A stretch of DNA of 62,982 nucleotides, counting the filler, from Collodictyon triciliatum (Eukaryota): the NCBI GenBank assembly GCA_043381765.1. It is 3 parts of 3 records of this genome, joined end to end, with 100 filler letters (N's around TTAATTAATTAA, not from the genome) between each part and the next. Parts side by side here need not be neighbours in the genome. Positions count along the whole stretch, not along the records: positions 22,811 to 47,572 come from JBHJMP010001075.1; 2 more parts are not named here. The stretch is one strand, 5' to 3'. The notes below the pieces were generated by a model. That model was not told the DNA's origin, ran no database searches, and worked only from the letters and a program-made list of their open reading frames with translations. Below, one piece after another: positions 27,065 to 39,035 of the stretch. How positions within the stretch are numbered: the first letter of the stretch is position 1; each line of letters starts with the position of its first letter. The position numbers were made by a program, and so were the translations under genes.

Positions 27065-27532
27065 GGTCTGATCTATAGAACCTTCGGCAGAGTGTGTTAT
27101 ATGAAAGCATATATGTGTGTGGATGGATGGTGCCTTAGCTTTGAAGAGCCCCTCTTGGATGAGTGATCTTTGAGTCAGGAGTGGAAACTGTCCTTTGGTA
27201 TGGAAACTATGCACCAATTGGCCGAGCAAACAGAAAATGATGAAATAGGAAAAGGGTGTTGACAGATTTCTTCGTTGTGGGATTATCCGATCCATTCTCT
27301 GACGCGCGGGATGTCTCGGGCTTGGGGTTTGCACTCGCGATGCAGTCTAATGGACGCTCCCTCCGTGATATCAAAGGATTCAGTGAATGATTATGAGTAT
27401 AATCGCAGCTTTTCCATCGCCAAGACCGGCGAGTGCCTCTTCTAATATATTCTCTTTTGATTCATTCATTCACATATACACACACTAAACACTTTGGATT
27501 TCTGCCAAGCACGCTGACAGTTTTTATCTACT

Positions 27533-27660
27533 AACTAGAAGGAGTAAACCAATCTTTCGATTGGTAAACCTGGTGCGCTAGTATCCAAGGTCTCACCACT
27601 TTTTTCACAATGGTCGTGCAGTGTTGAAGGCTGCCCGGAAAGACCCGACAGCCAGTTTTT
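27533..27660 (-). ncRNA. Putative Fanzor omegaRNA scaffold
   Basis: Three stem-loops overlapping and following the ORF 3' end: GCTGTCGGG-TCTT-TCCGGGCAGC, TGGTG...CACCA, ACCAATC-GAAA-GATTGGT. The position matches known TnpB/Fanzor omegaRNAs. Confidence 0.5.
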
Positions 27661-29540
27661 TAGAGGAAGGTGTATGCATGTTTTGAAAGATAAAAAGAAC
27701 TTTCTGGAGTACATTTTTAGCGCTGTTAAAGTCCCTTGTCAAGAATACACTTTGTCTGCTTTCTGAGCGATTGCATTCTTTACATATGAGATAACTATAC
27801 ACTTTTTTTGAATTTCCTTTCGGTTTCACATATTCTGGTTCTTTTTTACAGTTGTAACACATCTTGGAGGTTCTAAATTCATCTACGCTAACAGTTTCAA
27901 AACGTTCGGAAGCATTTTTCGTAACCCTTTTCGGATTGTTGGCATAAAATGTTTCATCGGATATTTTCTGCTCCAGTCTCCATACGCCAGTACAACATCC
28001 TTGCCAAATGTCTTTTCGATTCAGTTCATAAACAACTGTTCACTTCTTTTTGCATTAACATACTGCCTCAACTCATCTTTCGAAAAGTTACGTGTTTATA
28101 AAATCTGGATAGTTCTATCTGGTTTCTTGATTTCATAGAAACATATTTTCGAAATTTATCATAATCGACCGTGCATGAATTATGTTTAATCAGTTTTGTC
28201 TCTAAATCGATTAAGGATACTCTTGATGTCTCAAACTGCTGATTCTCTTCAAAAGTCATGTGACCAAAAGAAACAGCACTTTGTAAATCTGTTTCCATGT
28301 ATATCGCTGAATGATTGTACTTTTCTTTTTTCTTGCACAAGAGTACTTTTTGATTTTTAGGAGATTTGGTATCATGTTTTCTTTGGTGTGCCGTGTAGCG
28401 TAATTTCTTGCCTGTCTCATCCACCATGTAAACAAAATTAAACTTGCCTGCATTCAGTCCAACTATTTTTTTGTCGCTAATAATGATAACTGCTCTTCGG
28501 AAAGTTCATCCATATAAACATAATCATAGGTTTTTTTGATTAAATCGGATTTGAATTTGAAATACCTTCCTTTTCAAACAACGATGACACCGCCAAGCCG
28601 TCTGTTTGTATCATGTATTTAAAATTGTAGTATCTTTGATGAAAGACCCTCTTCTTCATTTCAAAGAAATTATCCCATAGTGTCTCTTTGCATCCTGATA
28701 TATTCTTCAGTAAAATGGTTTTTTCAGATAAAACTCATATATTTATCAAACATGCAGTATCTAGAGTAATTTGCATGTCATATTGTAGTTCTTATAGAGA
28801 TTGGTTGAAACAGTTTGGCTCCAATGTCCTAAAAAATGCGACTCATGTAAATCAGACATGGAATGCACTTATTTGGATTGGCTTTGACGACATATTCGAT
28901 ACCATTTACAATGTCGCTAGGAACGATACGATGCAAATGGATTATAGCCCATTATTTATATTGTTCCAGTATTTCGAGTTTCTTGAAGATAGATTTTTTT
29001 TAACTTTCATAACTTTGCCTTTTTCAATAGCTTCCGTAATATTCTCATTTTTAGGAACTGTTTGATTTATAAAGCGCAGTAACATCTTTACAAAATGTTC
29101 CTTAATATTACTATGATATGCTGTTAACATTTGCTTCACCAAGTACAGTAATATATGAGACAGTGTAAACAACTGAAAGCGTTCTTCTCGGGAACAAAAG
29201 TAATCGAAAATCATTGAGATAAAAAGTCATCATGTCTTCTCTCATATCTGGTAGTTTTTTTTAATCTTGCGTGTCTATCTTGTGGGACTATTCCGACTGT
29301 CATTAAAGCGTACAGAAAAACCATTTCATGGATTGTTGGTGGTTCTTGTGCTTTCAATATGTAACATGTTGCAAAAAAATAAGTGTCGGTAACCAAATTA
29401 TGACACAATAAAACCGTATCGTTGATTTCGTCATAGTCATCTGCATTTTTTTACAATTGACTTTAGAGATATTTCACATTTCGATAGTCTGGGTTTACAG
29501 ACTTTAGATTCTCAGACTCAAGGCGTTTTCTTTTCTTCAT
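27605..29540 (-). pseudogene. Fanzor1 (TnpB-like RuvC RNA-guided endonuclease) pseudogene with several stops and frameshifts
   Basis: Reconstructed motifs in order: FKYMIQTDGLAVS; RuvC-I KIVGLNAGKFNFVYM (canonical D-P-G decayed to N-A-G); KKLRYT; FGKDVVLAYGDWS..MKHFMPT; RuvC-II VDEFRTSK + CxxC; CxxC; RuvC-III TRDFNSAKN. No introns evident. Confidence 0.9.
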
Positions 29541-30396
29541 CTGAAAGTCTTTGTTCTACTTTTTTGTTTAGAGCACTACCAAGTTTTCAATTTCAATAAA
29601 ACTTTAGTCAATTGTTAATTTCACGAAAAAAAACTACACAAAATCAATTGTGTAAAATTAAGTATCTACTGAGACTCTCAAAATGTGCGCGTTGTGGCAA
29701 ACAAACACACACAGTTTTTTACAAGTGATTTGAGACAAACCTTTGAGAGCCGATTTGGCGAGTTCGAAATGACGGCCATATAGCCACGGCGACTAAAAGT
29801 CAACATATTGGCCCCAAACGACATGACTACCGCCGCAAGTGAGGATATTATGCTTTTTTGAAATGCATGCTTGGTGGCAGGTATATAGAGTGGGTTCTGT
29901 CTGAGCCAAAGCAAGGACTTGTTTGTATTTTTTGAATTTTAATGCAAAACATTACATCATATAAACGAAAAAATAAAGTATGAATTGATTACAGGAATAG
30001 AATGATTATTAAGTATTGATTAACCTTATTATATACACTAATCATACTATTATATAATTCAGATTGTTTCTTGGATTCATCAAAGCTCCTGCTTTTGTCA
30101 ATCCATATTTAATTCGATGGTTATATGTGCAATAAATTGCTATGTTGATGAGTACACTTTCGTTGTATAAAAAGTGGGGTGCTTTGAAAGGGATAAAATC
30201 AAGTTCGTCACAACCTTTGTCATGAAGTTAATCCATTTACAGGCTGAATGAGACCGAAGATAAAAGAAAAAAAAGAAAGGACAAGTGAACCAGAGCAACT
30301 AATACTGAGCATTACATTCGTATTAATCTCGCCGCCCGTGGGTTGATGGCTAATCAAGAGATATTTTTTTATTCCCTTTTATTACCATTACCATTA

Positions 30397-30794
30397 NNNN
30401 NNNNNNNNNNNNNNNNNNNNNNNNNNNNNNNNNNNNNNNNNNNNNNNNNNNNNNNNNNNNNNNNNNNNNNNNNNNNNNNNNNNNNNNNNNNNNNNNNNNN
30501 NNNNNNNNNNNNNNNNNNNNNNNNNNNNNNNNNNNNNNNNNNNNNNNNNNNNNNNNNNNNNNNNNNNNNNNNNNNNNNNNNNNNNNNNNNNNNNNNNNNN
30601 NNNNNNNNNNNNNNNNNNNNNNNNNNNNNNNNNNNNNNNNNNNNNNNNNNNNNNNNNNNNNNNNNNNNNNNNNNNNNNNNNNNNNNNNNNNNNNNNNNNN
30701 NNNNNNNNNNNNNNNNNNNNNNNNNNNNNNNNNNNNNNNNNNNNNNNNNNNNNNNNNNNNNNNNNNNNNNNNNNNNNNNNNNNNNNNNNNNNNN
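30397..30794. other. Assembly gap
   Basis: 398 Ns. Confidence 0.99.
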
Positions 30795-30802
30795 TATGCA
30801 TA

Positions 30803-33800
30803 GCCTATCGACCGCGAAATCTACTCCCATAAAATGCTAAAGAAAGAAAAGAAAGTTCGTGGATATGTGTGTGCTACAAGAGATGGCGCTATCCGAATCA
30901 TGTATTTTTAACCTTTTTTTTTTTTAAAAAAAGTAACACTTATGTGAGCTGAAATACTACCATTTTTCTTTATATATGTTGTTCTATTTGTATTGAGATT
31001 ATTTATTTTTTTTAAAAAAAAAGGGTTGGCCGCGAGGTCTATGTCCAGGTGCACCACCCTTCCTTGGCATGGGCAAAAAGCCAAGAGCTCTTAGAGAAAT
31101 ATCCAATAGGAACACTAATTAGCGCTGAAATTAATAAGTTTGTTCTTAACAAAATATTTGTTTATATATCCAGCGTATGATATTCTGTCTCAAAACGGGA
31201 ACCGAAAATTGAATGCAGCTGTATTGACTTTTAAGATTTTTTTTTAATACTCAACCTCATGATGCTGCTAACGTCTATTAAAATTCATTTGCTTTTTTTT
31301 TTTTTTTTTAAAAAAAAAAACACTACTAGAGTATCTGTCCGCAGGAATGTATGTATAGGGACTATGATTACAACCGATCAACCTGAGAAGGAAGTGTGGG
31401 AGAACCATAAGGCATTCAAAGTTGGTGATCTGGTGAGAGATTTAAAAGCCCCTCTAAGATCTTTAAAGAAAACCGCACACAATCTTTTCTTCTCTTTTTC
31501 TTCGCTATTTAACATCGCAAATGATGCCAATTCCTTGCAGGTTAATGCACAAATCAAAAAAATTCTTCCTTGTGGTATGATTCTCAAATTGAAAAACACT
31601 CCGATTTCAGGGCTGAGTCATATTTCTCAGGTATGAGTTGTTTTGCACGATTTGATGCCATATCTATGGTTATTTACCGTGGTATACTAACCCTTTTTGA
31701 TTTTATGCTTTATGTTACCCGCAGATTGAAAAACCTTTAACAGAATTTTCGGAAGGAGAGAAAGTAGAAGCTATCATCATAAAAATCAACACAGAGAAGA
31801 GTAAAATGTCATTCAGCATGAAGGTTCGTATGGTCAGAGTTTGAGGCAAAATCAAAATAGTGTACTAATCAACATGTTTCTCGTAGAGTTCAATCATTTC
31901 CGCTGCCAAAAAGGGTAGCAGTCAGATCATTGACGACGACGAAGAGGATAATGACATGGTTGATGATCAGACTTTGCAAGATGATGAAGACGAGGACGAA
32001 ACTGTACTTTGGGATACGGCCGACTATGGTATGCGCTCAGTAGAAGCGGGTCATCGATCAAAAGGTTCAGAGATCGAGGATGAATATGAAGATGCAGGTG
32101 AAAATGAAAGTGAAGACGAGAATGACGATGAAGATGTTGATGAATGGAGTAGTGACGATAATGGAGAAGATGATGAAAGCGAGAATAATGAAGACAGCGA
32201 TAAAGAAAGTAAGAAAACTTTGAAAGCCTCTCGCCCACCAATCTTTCCACCGATTGCGAGCCTATATTTTTTTCTTTTTCCAAAATCTATTCTATAGGCG
32301 CATACGCACCGGGCAGCTTTGGCTGGGATGACCTAAAATTCAGCAGTCTACCGACTAAAAAGTCGACCAAAGAAAGCAAGGTTGAAAATAACGACGAAAG
32401 TGATGGAGATGACGAGAGCGAAAATGACATGGATGGTAGGACTGTTCTTATGGCTGCACTCTATAAGAACTTACAAAGTTTTATTCTATTCAAACGCGCA
32501 CTAGAGAACCACTTTCCCTTCTTTGTATATAGAAAAAAAACCTCTATATTTATTACACGTTTTAACACATTGAAGAAGCCGAGAAGCAGAGCAAATCGAA
32601 AAGGCAAAAAACCAAGGAAAAAAGACAAGAGGAAGAGAAAATTAAGAAGGTAAGAAATTCCATTACATATTGTGCAAGAGGTTTGAGTGGGTATGTTTCT
32701 TTTTTAAAAGAAACGTGCCTAGTTGCTGTTCTTTTAGTTTTCTCTCTTTTCTATTTGAAAATCAACATGATGACGAGGACCGAAACTTATAGATGGAAGA
32801 CACACTCTTGGACGAGGACAGAGCTCCCCAATCGATAACAGACTTTGAAAGATTGCTTCTGGGAAATCCTAACAGCTCATTTATTTGGGTTCAATACATG
32901 GCATTCCAGGTATGCTGTCCATCTTTCTCCTTCTTTTCTATTTTCGCCCTCACCAACAGTGCTTTAGGCATATAGTTCAAAATCCATCAAACTGACGCAT
33001 TTCCTTCCGAATTACTCATTACATGTTTATCGTTATACATGAGTTTAATTTACATACTAACATTTTTTATTTTTTATTTGCTAATTATAATATTTTTCTA
33101 TTTGTAGATATCCTTGACCGAAATAGAAAAAGCTAGAGAGATTGCAGAGCGAGCTTTAAAGGTTTTTATTTGATTAAAAATAGAAAACATAATAGAAACA
33201 AAAACAAAACAAAAAACTAAGGATTAATTGAATTTTCGCTATGTTGTGGCTATGACTTTAAATCTCAACCATGCAACAAGATAATGTAAGTGCCCCTACG
33301 AATGACTAATTTAATTATTATTTTTTTTTAAAAAAAAATAATAATACCTGTTTGGTATCAACAGACCATCAATTTTAAGGACGAAAATGAAAAGCTGAAT
33401 GTTTGGACTGCGTATCTCAATCTAGAGAATACGTACGGAACAGAGGAAAGCTTAATGAAACTATTCCAACGAGCATTGACTCACAACGACGCCAAGAAGG
33501 TTTCAATTTATAGACACCCAATTACTCCCAACTCAACTATGATAATTTGTTGTTGAGAACCAATTTTGACTGATTGAATACAATCAAATGAATCTCATTC
33601 TAAAGGTTTATCTGCGCATGGTGGACATCCTTGAAAGCTCAAAGAAGAACAAGTTGGCCGAACAAGTCTTCAAGGCATTAATATCAAAGTACAAGCACAG
33701 CAAAAAGGTGATGAGTTCACCGTTATCGTGAGGCTGTTGTGGAATGAAGAGCAATATGATGTGCTGAAGAGACACAAACTGAAAGTGTTGGCGAATCCTT

Positions 33801-34805
33801 TCCTTCCTCTTTTTTTCTTTAACTCCGGAATTCCTGGATTGTTATCAATATATTTATTTGTAATGTTCAGGTATGGGCTCGATATGGGCAGTTTAAACTG
33901 GCTAACAAGCTTATTGATGAGTTCAGGAAAGTCCAGGAGCGTGCAATTCAAATGTTGCCTCGTAGAAAACGTAACAACACGCCATTGTGCAAATCTGATA
34001 CACTTAGTCCATTCATTTTTATAAACACCAACAAATTAATATATAATGGGGATGCGATGAGACATGATAGCCATTTTAAAACGGAATACATGTACATATG
34101 ACCGCATAACAGATATCCAAACAATTGTCAAGTTTGCCATGATGGAGTTCAAAAACGGCTCTAGTGACCGTGGTCGCATCATCTTCGACAGCATATTGGG
34201 GTTCGCACAGACATACGCATATCTATTAGAGTTTCAACCACCTAAAATACATTCGGTTCATTTGATACGATTCTCCTTTGCTGTGTAAACCTCACAAATA
34301 GTCATTCAATTTTGTTTTGAAATGTTATATTATCCAGTAACTTCCCGAAAAGAATCGACCTTTGGTCAGTCTACCTCGACATGGAAATCAAGACGGGCAA
34401 AGCAGACATTGTCCGGTGCGCACATGAACACATTTTTTTTCTTCTTTTTAGTATACCATATCTTCACCAGAAACTACGCATACTTTTTTTTTCATTTTGA
34501 TGCGCTCATTTTCGCCCTTTGCATATGCGCGGTGTGTGCGGCTATACCTTTGTCATAATGATTACGCAGCGGTGGAATTATATTATATTTTGTCTACGCT
34601 ATTTTTTCTAATATCTTCTTTCTTTCTTTCTTTCTCTCTCAGCACACTTTTTGAGCGCGTTACAAGCCTGAACCTCTCATCCAAGAAGATGAAGTTCTTT
34701 TTCAAACGATATCTGGAATGGGAGAAGGAGACGGGCAACGAAGAGCGCATCAACCACGTGAAGGAGAAAGCGCGCCTTTACGTCGAGTCCAAGATGACCA
34801 AATAA
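30803..34805 (+). CDS. RRP5: rRNA biogenesis protein RRP5/PDCD11, 3' part (last S1 domains, acidic linker, HAT repeats)
   Basis: KVRGYV S1 motif, [87 protein letters not shown]. Confidence 0.93.
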
Positions 34806-35016
34806 ACGGATAATGGCTTCCTTACCGTTCAATCAAATCCATTCCTTATCTGAGGCACCGCTCGGTATTCTGGCCTTGGCTTTTCTCTATTTTTCGTTCT
34901 CTTTTCTGATGATAATGATGATGTGTGTATGAATAATGTGGGCGGGTCTATTTATTGGGTGTCGGCCATGTTTGTCGTTCGGGCACGAAACAGAGAAGTT
35001 CAGGGATGATGACCTC

Positions 35017-36941
35017 TCAGAAGAACACCACAGCGATGATACTCAACACAAGGAGGAGCACAGCATTTGCAGAAGCGCCTAATGCAGAGGAAATTAGACA
35101 GCACTTAGTTCAGCGTGACTGGGCTGAGCTGGGTGGGCTGGTTTGTGGATGGAGCGAGTCTTGAAGATGTGATGTTTAAATTATTTTGTCTGCAAATAAT
35201 TATGGGAAGGTGAATATATGAATCAATAAATCAACATAACGGCGTCAACCAGATGTTGTGGTTTTTTTTTTTCGGTGGGGAAATATAGGTGAGATGGGGT
35301 AGTACAAACCTGTAGCCCAGTTTCCTTGGGATTTGACATCGAAGTAGGTGATAGGGTCATACTGCAATAGGGACGGGCGCGTCATGTGGCGGAATGAGTA
35401 TCACAGATGGAACTGTTATGAAGAAACAAAGAAGACATAGACGAATAGACAGGATGAATGGGGGTTCCTTACGATGGCATATTCTTCGAAACGAGGGATT
35501 TCAATGGAAACTGCCACAGTGTTTCCTTTCACTTCAATTTTGGCCTCTGCATCTTCAAAATCGCCGTCCACATCGATCTTAAATGAAAGATAAGGGGGGA
35601 AAGGAAGAAAAAATAAGGACGGATAATTTGCATCAGGTTTTTTTTTTCAATGTGTTATGGTATCAAAATCCAAATGTTAAATCGAAAAAAGGATGAAATA
35701 TTCATGAGTCAAACTGCAGTGTTTTTCAACGAAAATATAATCACATGAAATAGATATTGGAAGCGAATAAAACGATAGATTTGTTAATACTTTGTGAAGT
35801 GGTAAAAATAAAAATAAAAATAAAACTACCTCGGAAGCGAGAACAAATTGTGTGGATGAGCCAAGTTCGAACTGCTGCTCTCCATTTGACTTGAAAGAAC
35901 CTCCACTCATGTTGTGTGTGAAGGAAAAGTTTGCAACAATGTGGGATCCTACTTGATCGTTTTTTGATCCACAAGCATCGCACCATTCCCACCCGCGCAG
36001 CTCGATGTTCACTTTGAATGTCTTATCGTTTACCTAGCCATCATTCCATACCCCCAAGTGATTGAAAAGAAAAGAAAAGAAAAGAAAAGAAAAGAAAAGA
36101 AAAGAAAAGAAAAGAGGACATATGCGCGTGTCATTACCTTTGTTCTATGATTATCAAAAAAAAATATATATATTTATGAATTAAAAAAGGATAAAAGATG
36201 AACAAGACAATAAAAAAAAATACTAATAATAGTACCGAAAAATCATCCTCTCCAATAGAAAAGTTTCCTGACTCCTTGAAGAAAAAAAAACTCGATCCCC
36301 AAGACAGCATTTCCTTGCGAGGGAGAACCAGGAGCCTCCAAAGGTGCAGTCAGCTTGATGGACTCAGCCGCAACGTCGTAGTATTCATCATCAGTCTTGA
36401 GCGGCCCGAACGTGAAATCCTACCAAAGCACAAAAGAGATAAAGTGTTTAGGAAAGTCAACGGAGAGAAATATCAATCAGAATCCTATTGATGAAGGTAA
36501 ATGATAAAGGAGGATGAGAAAGACTGGTCAAGGCCAAAGATCAAACTATGAGGGCACTTTGACAGGGATCGAGCAAGACCTGGTTCGCCAGAGTCTGGTA
36601 AACGTGCCCTTTGTCGTTGATTCGTTGGCCATCGGTGTCGATCTCCTGGAGAGAGTCCAGCTTGAAGGTGAACCTGGCATGAATAAACATCAAGAGAGGC
36701 ACATCAACCATGACTCATAACACATATACACACATGTTTATTATGTTGATAACAGCAACTCTTACTTTGTCGAGTTGGCCGAATGGGTCCAGTAGGTGAT
36801 CTTCCCTGACTGGCCGAGGATTTGGGCGGAGATGTGTTCCCCAACATAGTCCTTGGACCCACCCATGACAGCAACGAGCAGACTCAGTGATAGAACAATC
36901 ACGCACAGTGTGGAGGCAGTTCCCAATTGTGTCTTCGACAT
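35017..36941 (-). CDS. Secreted, probably GPI-anchored protein resembling the SAARP/CARP (skeletal aspartic-acid-rich protein) core domain
   Basis: Signal peptide, then ILGQSGKI, LDSLQEID, FKVNIELRGWEWC, IPRFEEYA and YDP, ending in a hydrophobic tail SANAVLLLVLSIIAVVFF*. Confidence 0.65.
36065..36114. repeat. (GAAAA)n microsatellite, intronic
   Basis: Seen directly in the sequence. Confidence 0.95.
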
Positions 36942-37561
36942 TGGAAGGCTGTTTCGTCTCGGCTGTGGAAGAAGGTCAGCGCATCAGGTTGGGGTTTGAG
37001 GCTGAAATGATTGATACCTTTATTTCTCTTCTTTTCTTTTCTTTTTTTTTTTTTTGCTTTTTTCTTGTTACGAAAGCAGAGCTCTTTGGATGCAACTCAG
37101 AGATTTGAAACTCGGATCCTGGTCGCCATTCACCAAGACCGACTTGTCAACCGCTCGCTGTGCGTTGGGCCCTTCTTCCAACAATTGACGCGCTGCCAAA
37201 CGCATCTCCACAAACGCCTGTCGCTGCCGCTGTCTCTCGCTACAAATTGTGACGCCATTATGCAACGCATCGCCCAAAGCAGGCGCATTATATACTTGCC
37301 TGAATTCAGTGGAGCACAACCCAAAGTGTGCATGGAAGATTCAACGAAAGTTCGGTACAGACCGCCTAAACGAGAGAAAATATATTACAGAATATTTTCT
37401 ATTTGTGTGTGATTTTCTCTAATTATTCTAATAAACATTACATATGTGGGCTATGAGAATTCCAAGTTTGGAAATAACACAGAATTTCTGGCTTTGCAGG
37501 CGCCTAGCCAAGTCGTTGACAAATATTAGAGTGTTCGAAGCCTAGAAGGAAGGGTTTTTTT

Positions 37562-38227
37562 TTGTTTTTTTGCATCGTTCTGCAGGCTCATTCAGGGCTG
37601 TCAAACAATCTGAACTCTCCGCAATTCTCGATGGCAGTGTTATATTCCAAGCTGTTTCGATATAAAATCATCAGTCCGAATCCCTACAAACCGGAGAAAT
37701 TGAGTCGATGGGCCGAAACTATAGGCATTATAGACCCACCAATAGTCAAAAGCTGGAAGCAGGCCCGCATATCTCAGTTAATCCCGAAACACCGCGCCCT
37801 ACTTCTCAATATCCCCAACAGAGAGCTGTGGATAGGTGCGCGTGTAGTCCATGCAGCAACGACCTCTCCAGAATGCATCATGTGCCATAGTGGAGATGAT
37901 TCTATCGAACACACATTTGTGAAGTGCTCTATTGCTCAAAAAGTGACAGAATCTACCCACAAGATGCTCTTTGAGCTTGATTATGCTCCCAACCGACTCA
38001 GCGCGTCTGACATCCTGTTTGGTCCGCAATACCAAATGACCCACGACTCTAGAATACTCAGGGCAGTCACAAGGGGACATATGCTGTGGTCCTTATGGAG
38101 TGTGCGTGCATTCTCTCGCTCCAATGATTCACCCGAACGAGAAATCAATGTATCCAGGCTTGAGAGCCTCGTGCAATACAGCGTATTAAAAGGATTAAGC
38201 AACGGCAATATATCCAGAAATCTATAG
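37562..38227 (+). mobile_element. Non-LTR retrotransposon (L1/Tx1-like) ORF2 3' fragment with zf-RVT
   Basis: CIMCHSGDDSIEHTFVKC zinc-binding motif followed by LWSLWSVR, typical of the L1-clade C-terminus. Intronless. Confidence 0.75.
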
Positions 38228-39035
38228 ATGATTCATCGTACTCTATTGCATAAGGGATAATATTATGCAAAGATTGGTGTAGGAAAGGGCATTTTAAGTC
38301 TTGAAGTGAACGACTAGGTATGGGGCATTCTTTCGCTAATCCACTTGTGGAGCATTTCTACAAAATATTTCTGAGTATTATTACCTGGTGCCTTCTTAAA
38401 GTTCGTGAGATTTTACAAATATTCAATCTGAATATAAATAGGAAATGCCACAGGTCATGTCATAGGAATAAAACTCATAGCTGGACGAAAAAAAAAGTTA
38501 TATAAAACTTAGTCAAGACATTGAAAATGGCATAGAAACTCTCCGTAAAATAGAGTAACAACTCGAGAAGACAAGGAAAAATATGAGAGAATCTATACAA
38601 CATGAATAAGGAAATCGACGCCTTTAAGAAAATGGATAAGACTTATGAAAAACATAGAAACTTAAGAGTCTCAAGAGAAGGCGCTGGACTGTTTATTCCT
38701 CTGCTAGGTGTTTTCAAATAAGGGGAATGATGAATGCTACAATTATGGCTTTGCTAAATGTCAACTCTACCGAGCTTCATCGAATTCAGACTTTCTATCA
38801 ATTTCATGTCATAAGAGTTTCGGCCAAGGAGATAAAGATTAATAAGTAGTTTCTGGTATGGTTTATATTTAGACTCGAGATACAACAGATAAACAGTTAC
38901 TGTATAGATCTTTGGTTAGTATCACTTTTAGAGAATGCCAGCGCCTGATTTTCAATCAAGCCTCCCCACACATGATACGAAAAAAAAATCGCAAGCCGAG
39001 CTTCATCGAATTCTAACAAGTAGCAGCCGATTCTT

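Larger units (their letters stand above)
27533..29662 (-). mobile_element. Non-autonomous Fanzor1-carrying DNA transposon (decayed); boundaries inferred
   Basis: Contains a Fanzor pseudogene. Subterminal hairpins at 27548-27565 and 29635-29654. Flanked by 8-bp direct repeat TATCTACT (27525-27532, 29663-29670). No transposase and no terminal inverted repeats seen. Confidence 0.65.
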
